Positions 1-8,449 of a stretch of DNA of 32,000 nt are shown here, piece by piece (position 1 is the stretch's first letter; every line of letters starts with the position of its first letter). The notes beneath the pieces were generated by a model, which was not told the origin of the DNA, ran no database searches, and worked only from the letters and a program-made list of their open reading frames with translations. The DNA lies in NCBI GenBank assembly GCA_045568075.1, contig JBJLBP010000001.1:960001-992000 (forward strand). Reading direction: 5' to 3'. Made by a program: the position numbers and the translations under genes. The DNA comes from Candidatus Thalassarchaeaceae archaeon. Its GTDB lineage: Archaea; Thermoplasmatota; Poseidoniia; Poseidoniales; Thalassarchaeaceae.

Positions 1-56
1 TTTACGAGAGTGGGTAAATCGAGGAGAGAGGATTGAGTTGTCAGATTTGGAAGAAC

Positions 57-974
57 TCAAACGAAAGTCGCAGTAATCGTGTTATCACTCGCTTCGATTG
101 AGATTTCTCCATTTACATCTAGCTTGGTCGAGATTAAACAATAGGAAAGCCATGTATCCCCTAATCGGTGACTGCAAAGAATTTCTATCCTCTTCCCTTC
201 AGAAAACCGGGACTTACCTTGTGGGATTTTTTCCTCTGATTTGAGACATCTTCCAACTCTTGCTTGTATGCCTCGCGACTCCATCCGTGCATGAATTTCC
301 TGTCCTGGATAACATCCCTTTTTCAGATCGATAAGATTAGCGAATCCGAGTTCAAATGGAATGTGATTGGTAGATTCTACTGAGATGTCGATATTTCCAG
401 TTAAACTCTGTAGAGCTAACCAACTGTCTGCATCACCTTGGCTTCCTCCGTTAGTCTCCAATCCTTCTTTGATCGACTGCAAGAGCCTAGTTGGGACAAG
501 CATCTCAAACGCTGTGTATCCATCGGTTTGAGACGATAGAGAAATCATGGAATCAAAAAATTCAGTCCAGTGGCCCTTTTCAAGTTCATTTGCTACAATT
601 CCTAGGCCAATAATTACCCTTCCTGGGTTTTTTCCTACGATGATTAACCGATGAACAGCACCATCGCCAGCACTGACTTGCACGTCCTCATTCCAAGGGA
701 TCCCAGTAGAGAGAACATCTCGAATTTCTTTTGCATTCTCAGGGTTGTGGATCAGTAGAATTTGATCTCCAAGGTCTGCGTGGAGTATGTGTCCAACAAT
801 CCGCCCATTAAGGTCACAAAGAATGGACTCTTCTCTTTTCATAAATTTGGACGAGATATCAATTGATGAGACTCTATTCAAATGGTCATGACAATTCTTG
901 CCAGATAGGAGAGTAACTCCGCTTGGAATTTCGATATACTCTGCGAGGGGGTGAAGATTCTCGTCAAGTATCAA
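57..974 (-). CDS. ygfZ: YgfZ/GcvT-family folate-binding protein (Iba57-like, Fe-S cluster maturation/repair associated)
   Basis: 305-aa ORF. LKKGCYPGQEIHARMESRG contains the K-G-C-[YF]-x-G-Q-E signature of YgfZ/Iba57-type GcvT-fold proteins. Lies 9 nt downstream of an A-type Fe-S carrier gene on the same strand. Confidence 0.7.
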   Translation of the reverse strand: MILDENLHPLAEYIEIPSGVTLLSGKNCHDHLNRVSSIDISSKFMKREESILCDLNGRIVGHILHADLGDQILLIHNPENAKEIRDVLSTGIPWNEDVQVSAGDGAVHRLIIVGKNPGRVIIGLGIVANELEKGHWTEFFDSMISLSSQTDGYTAFEMLVPTRLLQSIKEGLETNGGSQGDADSWLALQSLTGNIDISVESTNHIPFELGFANLIDLKKGCYPGQEIHARMESRGIQARVGRCLKSEEKIPQGKSRFSEGKRIEILCSHRLGDTWLSYCLISTKLDVNGEISIEASDNTITATFV

Positions 975-983
975 GCGACCAAC

Positions 984-1421
984 TCAGCCGAATGACTGAC
1001 CGCAGCCACAGGCTCGATCTGCATTGGGATTATCCATATGGAATCCTCCACCCATCAGACTGTCACGGAAATCTAAGCGGAGTCCGTTCAGTAGAGTGCT
1101 ATCTTTATCGTGAATCATCACTGTTACTCCATTGATATCAAGGGTCTGAAATCCATCATTATCTGGCTTCTCGACGATTACCATGTCGTAGAGGTAGCCA
1201 GAGCACCCTCCAGCCTTTGCACTAATGATGAGGACGTGTGTATCGTTTTGTTCACCGATTGCGGCGAGAACCGCCTTTCGAGCAGAATCAGAAACTTCGA
1301 TTTTGACATCGACTACTTCGACAGCAGTCGCAATAGGAAGGGAGAAGCCCGAACCGTCGAGAAGACCCACATCTATAGCCCCGTCAAGGTGATATATCAA
1401 TGATTCCAGTTTAGACAACAT
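984..1421 (-). CDS. iscA: A-type iron-sulfur cluster carrier (IscA/SufA/HesB family) with ~37-aa N-terminal extension
   Basis: 145-aa ORF. AKAGGCSGYLYDM and the C-terminal ACGCGQSFG give the three-Cys A-type carrier signature (C ... C-G-C-G-x-S-F). Confidence 0.85.
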   Translation of the reverse strand: MLSKLESLIYHLDGAIDVGLLDGSGFSLPIATAVEVVDVKIEVSDSARKAVLAAIGEQNDTHVLIISAKAGGCSGYLYDMVIVEKPDNDGFQTLDINGVTVMIHDKDSTLLNGLRLDFRDSLMGGGFHMDNPNADRACGCGQSFG

Positions 1422-2286
1422 GTCAGGTCAATCCCACACAGTGAATTCGACTGGGCATTCTGTGGAGGGAGTTCGAGAGTCCGATGTGGTCCGCCTTGAG
1501 GGTGAATCGGTGATGAGAATCAACGATTCGCTGGCAATTGAGGCACCACTAACTGTTGAACTGGTAATAGGCGATTCAAATCACTCATTGGGGTTGACAA
1601 TGAGGACTCCAGGCGATGATGAAGACCTAATCGTCGGCATGCTCTATTCTGAATCTATTATTGATGGAGTTGAGGATATTCTCTCAGTTGAGATAAACTC
1701 TGAAGGTGCAACGGTTCAGTTGTCAGATAATGTCTGCTTCGACATTAATGAACACGCCCGCAGCACCACGAAAACAGCAGCATGTGGAGTCTGTGGTAAA
1801 AAATCACTGAACAATCTTAGGCATTTCCATGGACCACCTCTTTCCGAAGATATTCACATCACTCGCTCAATAATTTCCTCGAATTCTGCTTCTTCAAAAG
1901 CCGCTCAAACTATGTTTTCCAAAACCGGTGGATCTCACGCAGCGGCAGCATTCACCGAGCAAGGTCAATTGATTTGCATCAGAGAAGATGTTGGGAGGCA
2001 CAATGCAATGGACAAGCTAATCGGTGCCTTGCTTAGGACATCTGGCAAATCACCTAAACCTCATTCAAACAATGACCAATCAAGAACAATTGTCCACCTA
2101 TCTGGCCGCTCATCATTTGAATTAGTTCAGAAAGCGGTTAGGGCGGGATTCCCCCTACTATCCTCGGTTGGGGCCGCAAGTAGCCTTGCAGTCGATCTCG
2201 CTCGGGAAAACAATCTCTCATTGATTGCATTCGTCCGTGATGAAAGCATGGTGATCCATTCCGCTCCATTTCGAGTCGTCGAATGA
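1420..2286 (+). CDS. fdhD: FdhD sulfurtransferase (molybdoenzyme / formate dehydrogenase accessory protein)
   Basis: 288-aa ORF with the CGVCGK Cys pair and the GGSHAAA and EDVGRHNAMDK motifs. Directly upstream of a molybdopterin oxidoreductase. In-frame GTG at 1441 is an alternative start. Confidence 0.9.
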   Translation: MSGQSHTVNSTGHSVEGVRESDVVRLEGESVMRINDSLAIEAPLTVELVIGDSNHSLGLTMRTPGDDEDLIVGMLYSESIIDGVEDILSVEINSEGATVQLSDNVCFDINEHARSTTKTAACGVCGKKSLNNLRHFHGPPLSEDIHITRSIISSNSASSKAAQTMFSKTGGSHAAAAFTEQGQLICIREDVGRHNAMDKLIGALLRTSGKSPKPHSNNDQSRTIVHLSGRSSFELVQKAVRAGFPLLSSVGAASSLAVDLARENNLSLIAFVRDESMVIHSAPFRVVE

Positions 2287-2346
2287 AGTGAAAATTTCCC
2301 AAGCAATCTGCAACAGGCTGAATAACGAATCTGTAATTCGTCAAGC

Positions 2347-4632
2347 ATGGGTCGCGAGGTCACCGGGACGACTCCTTTGGAGGATTCTGCGCCACAGACC
2401 AGCACCCCCTCCTCGGTGGCCGCAGGAGTACCTGCTATCCTTTCTACCATGAAACACGGATTTTCTAAGGTAGGAGTTCTATCTACTGTCAAAACATTGG
2501 GTCGAGTAAATCGCTTTGGCGGTTTTGATTGCCCCGGTTGTGCCTGGCCCGATCCTGACAATCATCGTACGATAGCAGAGTTTTGTGAGAACGGAGCCAA
2601 GGCTGTCGCTGATGAGGCAACATCGAAAAGAATCACCAACTCATTCTGGGAGTCACATAGTGTTAGTGAACTATCAATTCGAAGTGATCAATGGCTCAAC
2701 GACCAGGGTCGCCTTACTAGCCCAGTATTACTCGACAAAGATTCGGACTATTACACCCCAGTGACTTGGTCAACCGCCTTCTCGCTCATCGCAGATGAAT
2801 TAGAATCGTTATCTAATCCAAACGAAGCGATTTTTTACACATCTGGACGTACTAGCAATGAGGCAGCATTCCTATGGCAATTGCTAGCTCGAGCCTTCGG
2901 AACGAACAATCTCCCTGATTGTTCGAACATGTGTCACGAATCTTCTGGTTTTGCCTTGAACGATGCCATAGGAATCGGCAAGGGAACGGTGACATTAGAT
3001 GATTTCAACGAATCCGATCTTATCCTCGTAGTTGGCCAAAACCCAGGAACTAACCATCCACGCATGCTTACAGCATTACGCGATGCTCGGGCTAATGGAG
3101 CATCAGTAATTTCAATCAATCCTCTAATTGAGACTGGAATGAAACGATTCAAGCATCCTCAAAACCCTCTCGAAATGCTTGGTTCGGGTTCTGAAATTGC
3201 AGACCAACATGTTCAGATCCAGATTAACGGAGATCTTGCTTTATTCAGAGGAATTAATCACCATCTCTTGTCCAATGATGATTTCGACCCAAAATTCATT
3301 GAGAATCATACTGCTGGTTTTGACGAATTCAAACACGCCATCGCAGAGGTAGATTGGTCACTTATCGAAGAATACACTGGCCTTACTAGACAATACATCG
3401 AAGACCTAGCTGAACGTATTGCCTCTGCTGAGTCAATGATCATTTGTTGGGCTATGGGGATTACTCAGCATCATAATTCTGTGCAGACTATTCAGGAGAT
3501 GCTCAACACACTCCTTCTTGGAGGTCACATTGGTCGACCTGGAGCTGGGGTTTGCCCGGTTCGAGGTCACTCTAACGTCCAAGGTGACCGAACTGTAGGA
3601 ATCAATCATCTCCCATCGAGTGATTTCATTGCTAACTTGTACAATTCAACTGGCGTTCAGTCACCTGATAGCCATGGTTACGATGCTGTGACAGCATCTC
3701 AAGCAATGTTGGATGGGGATGCTAAAGTCTTCTTGTCAATGGGGGGAAATTTCCTTTCCGCAATGTCAGATACCAAGGCGATTGCACGAGCTATGAAGAA
3801 GTGCTCATTGACGGCATGTGTCTCTACTAAACTCAATCGTAACCATCTAGTGACTGGTGAGCGAGCACTAATCCTTCCCTGTCTTGGCCGCACCGAAATT
3901 GATGAACAAGATTCGGGTACTCAATTTGTTTCAGTAGAGAATTCAATGGGTATTGTTCATAGTTCCGAAGGCCGTAACCAACCAGCATCGACCGATCTTT
4001 TGTCCGAACCTGCAATAATATCTGGAATTGCCACCGCTATTGAGGATAGAATTTCTATGAGTAATTTGAACTGGACTGAAATTATATCTGATTATGATAA
4101 TGTTAGAAATCTCATTGAAGAGACCATTCCTGGGTTTGATGATTACAATAGTAGAGTTCGTCGGCGGTCAGGTTTCTATCTCCCCAATGGACCGCGAGAT
4201 TCTCTTTTATTCCATACTGATACCGGACGAGCCAATTTCAGATTCCATCCTATCACAGCGATTAATCCAAAATCAGGAGAATTCATCATGATGACAATCA
4301 GGTCTCATGACCAATACAACACTACAGTCTATTCTGAGAATGACCGGTATAGGGGTGTCTCAAAGGGGCGTAGAGTGGTATTGATGAATCCCCTAGACGC
4401 AGCCAATCTCTCTCTTCAATCCGGAGATCAGCTCAATCTCAGCTCTCATTTTGATGGTGAAATTCGCCAGGCAAATAATTGGTATTTGATTGAATACAAT
4501 ATTCCACGAGGAAACCTCGCGACATATTTCCCCGAAGCAAATGAATTGATTCCTTTGACATCGACTGCATATGGAAGTAACACTCCTACGAGTAAATCAG
4601 TTAGGGTCACAGTCGAGCGCATTCAAGATTGA
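2347..4632 (+). CDS. Molybdopterin (bis-MGD) oxidoreductase, formate-dehydrogenase-alpha-like YdeP subgroup; substrate unknown
   Basis: 761-aa ORF. N-terminal GGFDCPGCAWPDP, Mo-ligand region SNMCHESSG, VVGQNPGTNHPR and MGITQHHN motifs. 60 nt after fdhD on the same strand. Confidence 0.85.
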   Translation: MGREVTGTTPLEDSAPQTSTPSSVAAGVPAILSTMKHGFSKVGVLSTVKTLGRVNRFGGFDCPGCAWPDPDNHRTIAEFCENGAKAVADEATSKRITNSFWESHSVSELSIRSDQWLNDQGRLTSPVLLDKDSDYYTPVTWSTAFSLIADELESLSNPNEAIFYTSGRTSNEAAFLWQLLARAFGTNNLPDCSNMCHESSGFALNDAIGIGKGTVTLDDFNESDLILVVGQNPGTNHPRMLTALRDARANGASVISINPLIETGMKRFKHPQNPLEMLGSGSEIADQHVQIQINGDLALFRGINHHLLSNDDFDPKFIENHTAGFDEFKHAIAEVDWSLIEEYTGLTRQYIEDLAERIASAESMIICWAMGITQHHNSVQTIQEMLNTLLLGGHIGRPGAGVCPVRGHSNVQGDRTVGINHLPSSDFIANLYNSTGVQSPDSHGYDAVTASQAMLDGDAKVFLSMGGNFLSAMSDTKAIARAMKKCSLTACVSTKLNRNHLVTGERALILPCLGRTEIDEQDSGTQFVSVENSMGIVHSSEGRNQPASTDLLSEPAIISGIATAIEDRISMSNLNWTEIISDYDNVRNLIEETIPGFDDYNSRVRRRSGFYLPNGPRDSLLFHTDTGRANFRFHPITAINPKSGEFIMMTIRSHDQYNTTVYSENDRYRGVSKGRRVVLMNPLDAANLSLQSGDQLNLSSHFDGEIRQANNWYLIEYNIPRGNLATYFPEANELIPLTSTAYGSNTPTSKSVRVTVERIQD

Positions 4633-6251
4633 ATCCGTTCTGTTTTTCGTTGCTCTTTCAACAATAGTGAACATCTATTCATTTGTGTTTTACACAAGCG
4701 TTCTTCTTCCTCGTCTAGATCTCTGTCAAGTGCTTGTTCGAAGCATCGGATCGCATCGGTGAAATGTTCCATCGCGGCATAAGACGAACCCATATTGTAG
4801 AGTGTCCTACCTGTTACCATTGTAGGATCCATCGAAATAGCTTGGTGGTATGATTGAATACTTTCAGAGAATCTACCGAGTTGATGCAAAGCATGACCTC
4901 TGCCATTATGCGAACGGACCCGAATTTCCCTTTCTTCTCTTGGTGCTGATGAGATTGCTTTCTCGAAGCAATTGAGAGCTTCAATTCCCTTATCTTCCCC
5001 CAGTAGAGTCAAGCCCTTATTGTACCATTCAATTGAGACATTCACGTCGTCTTGGTTAGGTGATGTAGCTTGACCACTGTGAAGTTTCGCTTGGGCTGCT
5101 GCTGCTAATAGATCAACTCCTGCGGCAGGAACATTTTCCTGCTCTTCTTGCATCAGCAATTCTTCTGCTTTGGTTCGGCATTGAAATCCCTTTTCTGCGT
5201 GACCAGCCGCCTCTAGTGCATCAGCCATCCCGCTCCATGCTTGGGCGGTCGAACCGTATTCCTCGATAATCCTCTTCCAAATTTGAACCGCTCCAGCGTG
5301 GTCGCCATTTTGTGTTGAATCACGAGCTTGTTCTATCAGAACAACATGAGTATCTTCTAGAGCAATCAAGAGGGAACCGTCTCCAGTATCCTCTTCATGT
5401 GAACCATCGTCGAATACTTCGTATTGTGCTGGATGAATTTCCTCGTGATTGGTTTCTGTTTCTTCTTGAGGAACTTCTAGAGCCAAGTCTGAATCATCTT
5501 CCTCTTCATCCGCCTCTGAAATCGAATCAGAGGCGATTTCCAATGTTGCACCACCCTCTTCATTTTCAGGCAAGGCCAACTCCTCGTACAAACTCTGGGC
5601 TTCTTCGTGAGTGTTGTCAAGTTCTAAGCAATATGATATTGTGTTCAACGCATCTTCGTGCAAGCCTAATGCGTTGAGACATAGTCCACAAAGATACCAG
5701 AGTTGAGCAGATTCAGAATAGTCACCTTCTAAGGCCGGAGAAATGAGATTCAATGCATTCTCGTAATCTTCCCTTTCGATTAGATTGTTAGCATCTCGAA
5801 GAATATCATTTTGCAGGTTTTCTGGTTCTTCCATAACCTTAATCGGTTCTGCCATTAGTACAGGCAACTCTTCAGTTTCTTCAATTTCCTCCTCACGTGA
5901 AGCGATTGTAGCGAGGAGATCATCTGTCAATCCTAATTCCAAAGCGGAATTTGCATATCTCTTTGCCAACAACAAATCTCTACCATCCAAAAGTATTGCA
6001 AGGTTTGCAGCGGTTGGAGCATGGAATCTATTAATCAAAAACGCTCGTTCAAATGCGACTATTGCACCTTCTTCATCGCCCATTTGGTGATTGACGACTC
6101 CTAGGCCATACCAAGCTGCGGAGTTATCTGTCTCAGTTTCGATACAGAATTCATACGCAATCTTCGCGAGAGTAAAGTCTCCTCGCCTTGCGATTTCATT
6201 GGCTTGTGCCAAAGTGTATTCGACCACGTGATGAATGGCGTGAAGATTCAT
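4623..6251 (-). CDS. TPR-repeat protein with long Asp/Glu-rich linkers
   Basis: 542-aa ORF. Several TPR-like helix pairs (AAWYGLGVVNHQMGDEEGAIVAFERAFLIN; HNGRGHALHQLGRFSESIQSYHQAISMDP; LYNMGSSYAAMEHFTDAIRCFEQALDRD) separated by acidic low-complexity segments. Confidence 0.7.
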   Translation of the reverse strand: MNLHAIHHVVEYTLAQANEIARRGDFTLAKIAYEFCIETETDNSAAWYGLGVVNHQMGDEEGAIVAFERAFLINRFHAPTAANLAILLDGRDLLLAKRYANSALELGLTDDLLATIASREEEIEETEELPVLMAEPIKVMEEPENLQNDILRDANNLIEREDYENALNLISPALEGDYSESAQLWYLCGLCLNALGLHEDALNTISYCLELDNTHEEAQSLYEELALPENEEGGATLEIASDSISEADEEEDDSDLALEVPQEETETNHEEIHPAQYEVFDDGSHEEDTGDGSLLIALEDTHVVLIEQARDSTQNGDHAGAVQIWKRIIEEYGSTAQAWSGMADALEAAGHAEKGFQCRTKAEELLMQEEQENVPAAGVDLLAAAAQAKLHSGQATSPNQDDVNVSIEWYNKGLTLLGEDKGIEALNCFEKAISSAPREEREIRVRSHNGRGHALHQLGRFSESIQSYHQAISMDPTMVTGRTLYNMGSSYAAMEHFTDAIRCFEQALDRDLDEEEERLCKTQMNRCSLLLKEQRKTERIQS

Positions 6252-6496
6252 GGATAAGAGTTCTGAAAGGATGAGCCATCAGGGAACTCTGAAATCAAAG
6301 ATGTTAGTAGAGATTCACGGTGGTCGTCTGAGCCTAGCTGAAGGCAGTGAATTTTTCCTACTGAGTTCAATGCTTTTCGGATTGTTGACATGGTATAGTG
6401 CAAACGTCCAGAGATATTCATCAGGACTTCGGCTATTCGCTTTGCTTGGTGTAATTTCGATGACTTCCTTACTTTTCCTCAACTTGTCGTGATCTA

Positions 6497-6871
6497 ATGT
6501 TCATACCTCATCGTACAGATATTCAGTGGGAATACTTCGGTCCGCCAGGCCCCCACCCCGACATAGAAGGCGTATGTGGAAGGCGAGTGAGAATTATTCA
6601 AGAAAAGAATCTCTCTAAGTTTGAGAAGTTTATCAGCGCATTGATGAAAGCGCCAACACATGTCAATAGGGATCTTGACGATCTTAACTCTCTGATGTGG
6701 GAATTGATGGACGGTAATCGAAATTTTGCTGAGATTGTTCAATTAATGGATTCAACATTCCATGAGCGAATGATTCCGACTACTGAGAGGTCCCTCGCAT
6801 CAATAGATCAATTGGTTAAATTGGGGTATGTGCGAATAGATCCACTAGTTGATGAAAATCTGTCTGCATAG
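6497..6871 (+). CDS. PqqD-family (RRE-like peptide-binding) protein, stand-alone
   Basis: 124-aa ORF. The segment RDLDDLNSLMWELMDGNRNFAEIVQLMDSTFHERMIPTTERSLASIDQLVKLGYVRI fits the PqqD pattern (L-x-x-x-x-x-x-W-E-L-x-D-G-x-x-x-x-x-E-I ... hydrophobic-x-x-L-x-x-x-G-hydrophobic). A GTGATC SD-like box lies 5 nt before the ATG. Confidence 0.6.
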   Translation: MFIPHRTDIQWEYFGPPGPHPDIEGVCGRRVRIIQEKNLSKFEKFISALMKAPTHVNRDLDDLNSLMWELMDGNRNFAEIVQLMDSTFHERMIPTTERSLASIDQLVKLGYVRIDPLVDENLSA

Positions 6872-6872
6872 T

Positions 6873-7670
6873 TCAGTCGACAGGCGCCGGGTCTTCTGAA
6901 CGATTTTCCTCGTCAATTCGTGATTTGGCTACTGAAGCGAAATAGGCTATCATTGGAAATGTGATAAGGAGTCCAAAACAGCCAATGAGTGTTGCAATAC
7001 CATACAGAGTCTCTTGCACTGGGTCTAATACGAATTCCGAGATAGAGACCAACTCATGCTCAGCCATGGTGAATCTGACTTCTATCCCTTCTTGAGATAT
7101 CAGTTCTCCTTCTTCTCTAATCTCAATAATCCAGGTGGTCAGCACTTTTTCATCATCTACCAGAGCCTCTGCCGCTATTTCCGCGCTTTCAGGATCTGCT
7201 GCTTGCAAGTATCCAACACCTTCTATTGGTAGTGTGAGAGAAATTCTTCCTCGCAAGGTCCCAGAGCCTTCATCGAGTTCGAGGCTATGTGTATAGGCAG
7301 AAATACAGGATTCTGATACTTCGTCGAATTCCTTGCAGTTGAATACTTCATCACCGTCCATGCCGAGCAATTCTGATGAATACCAGAGAGAGCTCGTAGA
7401 GGTGACAGTCAGCACAGTATCGCTTGGTGCATTCATTACACTGATATTGAGCCATGTCGCTGCAGAAGAGGTCGAGACGAACCATGCAGATTCATTCTCA
7501 TTTGACTGCGCTAATTCATAATTAATCTCATCATTTGTTGTCTCGTATCGATAATACTCACTGTCTAGTGTATTCGAATAAACCGCGTAGGATAGGACAA
7601 TGATCAAGACAAGTCCCATGCCTATCATCGTCCGAAGCATGTTCGGGTTGCGTGAAAGGGCCTTCTTCAT
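6873..7670 (-). CDS. Hypothetical bitopic membrane protein (N-terminal signal-anchor TM, C-terminal TM, acidic tail)
   Basis: ATG at 7670 chosen: MKKALSRNPNMLRTMIGMGLVLIIVLSYAVY is a basic N-terminus followed by a TM. A second TM (LYGIATLIGCFGLLITFPMIAYFASV) precedes the acidic tail SRIDEENRSEDPAPVD. The track ORF extends to a TTG at 7754. No recognisable family. Confidence 0.5.
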   Translation of the reverse strand: MKKALSRNPNMLRTMIGMGLVLIIVLSYAVYSNTLDSEYYRYETTNDEINYELAQSNENESAWFVSTSSAATWLNISVMNAPSDTVLTVTSTSSLWYSSELLGMDGDEVFNCKEFDEVSESCISAYTHSLELDEGSGTLRGRISLTLPIEGVGYLQAADPESAEIAAEALVDDEKVLTTWIIEIREEGELISQEGIEVRFTMAEHELVSISEFVLDPVQETLYGIATLIGCFGLLITFPMIAYFASVAKSRIDEENRSEDPAPVD

Positions 7671-7764
7671 CAGGGGAGCGAATCGAGAGGTGGGTTTGAA
7701 CCCTATGTGGAGTCTGTGAGAACGGACCACTGCGGGGCGAGTTATCCCAACCAAGTCATCACGG

Positions 7765-7771
7765 TTATATA
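7765..7771 (+). promoter_or_regulatory. TATA-box candidate (TTATATA) for the S19e ribosomal-protein operon
   Basis: TTATATA sits 38 nt upstream of the S19e ATG, and an AAGGTGA SD-like box lies between them. The near-palindromic TATA could also serve the divergent membrane-protein gene. Confidence 0.35.
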
Positions 7772-7808
7772 CGGCCTCAAGGTCGCCCGGTCGCTACAAG
7801 GTGACTCA

Positions 7809-8279
7809 ATGACGACCTTTCACGACGTCCCAGCCGATCTGCTCATCTCTGACCTCTCTCAGAGATTAGCCGATAACGATGCCATCAGTGCTCCGGAGTG
7901 GGCCGAATTCGTCAAGACTGGCACACACCGTGAGCGTCCTCCAACACAGTCAGATTGGTGGTATACCCGCTCCGCCGCCGTGCTCCGAAAGGTTGCTCTG
8001 AAGGGCCCGATCGGCGCAAATCACATGGCGCAACTCTTTGGCGGTCCTAAGGACCGTGGAGTCAAGCCGAACCGTGCAGTTGCCGGTTCGAGAAAAGTTG
8101 CACGAACTGTTCTCCAGCAGCTCGCTGCTGCTGAACTGATTGTAGATACTTACAACACCGCTGGAACAGTTACACTAGGAAAAGTAGTATCACCCAGTGG
8201 CCAGGCATTGTTGGACGAATCCGCTCATGCTGTTCGTCCACAAGCTGAAGAGAAGTACCCGGGACTGACCCGATATTGA
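7809..8279 (+). CDS. rps19e: 30S ribosomal protein S19e
   Basis: MTTFHDVPADLLISDLSQRLA...PEWAEFVKTGTHRERPP...WWYTRSAAVLRKV is a typical S19e sequence. Start moved to the ATG at 7809 (track ORF begins at 7707). Confidence 0.9.
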   Translation: MTTFHDVPADLLISDLSQRLADNDAISAPEWAEFVKTGTHRERPPTQSDWWYTRSAAVLRKVALKGPIGANHMAQLFGGPKDRGVKPNRAVAGSRKVARTVLQQLAAAELIVDTYNTAGTVTLGKVVSPSGQALLDESAHAVRPQAEEKYPGLTRY

Positions 8280-8288
8280 GGTGATTGG

Positions 8289-8444
8289 ATGGCACGACAC
8301 AAACCATTCGGAAAGAAGCAGAGACTCAACAAGGTCACTAAACAGAACCGCAGGGTTCCTGTCTGGGTTATGCTCCGCACAGCCCGTAACACAGTATCTC
8401 ATCCTAAGCGCCACCACTGGAGGCGCTCCAAGCTCCAGAGGTGA
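8289..8444 (+). CDS. rpl39e: 50S ribosomal protein L39e
   Basis: 51-aa ORF below the track cutoff, translated by hand: [63 protein letters not shown] box at 8278-8287. Confidence 0.9.
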   Translation: MARHKPFGKKQRLNKVTKQNRRVPVWVMLRTARNTVSHPKRHHWRRSKLQR

Positions 8445-8449
8445 TTGAG

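Noticed and set aside
2127-2561. 144-aa and 68-aa minus-strand ORFs spanning the fdhD 3' end and the oxidoreductase 5' end
   Set aside because: They are antisense to two strongly motif-supported genes. The composition is Arg/Pro/Ser-rich, typical of shadow frames, and no motif or SD box is present.
6250-7754. Calling the small ORF, PqqD-like gene and membrane protein a RiPP biosynthetic cluster
   Set aside because: No maturase (radical SAM/SPASM, YcaO, lanthipeptide synthetase, protease or transporter) is adjacent, and the reality of the small ORF is unresolved. It is kept only as a flagged observation.
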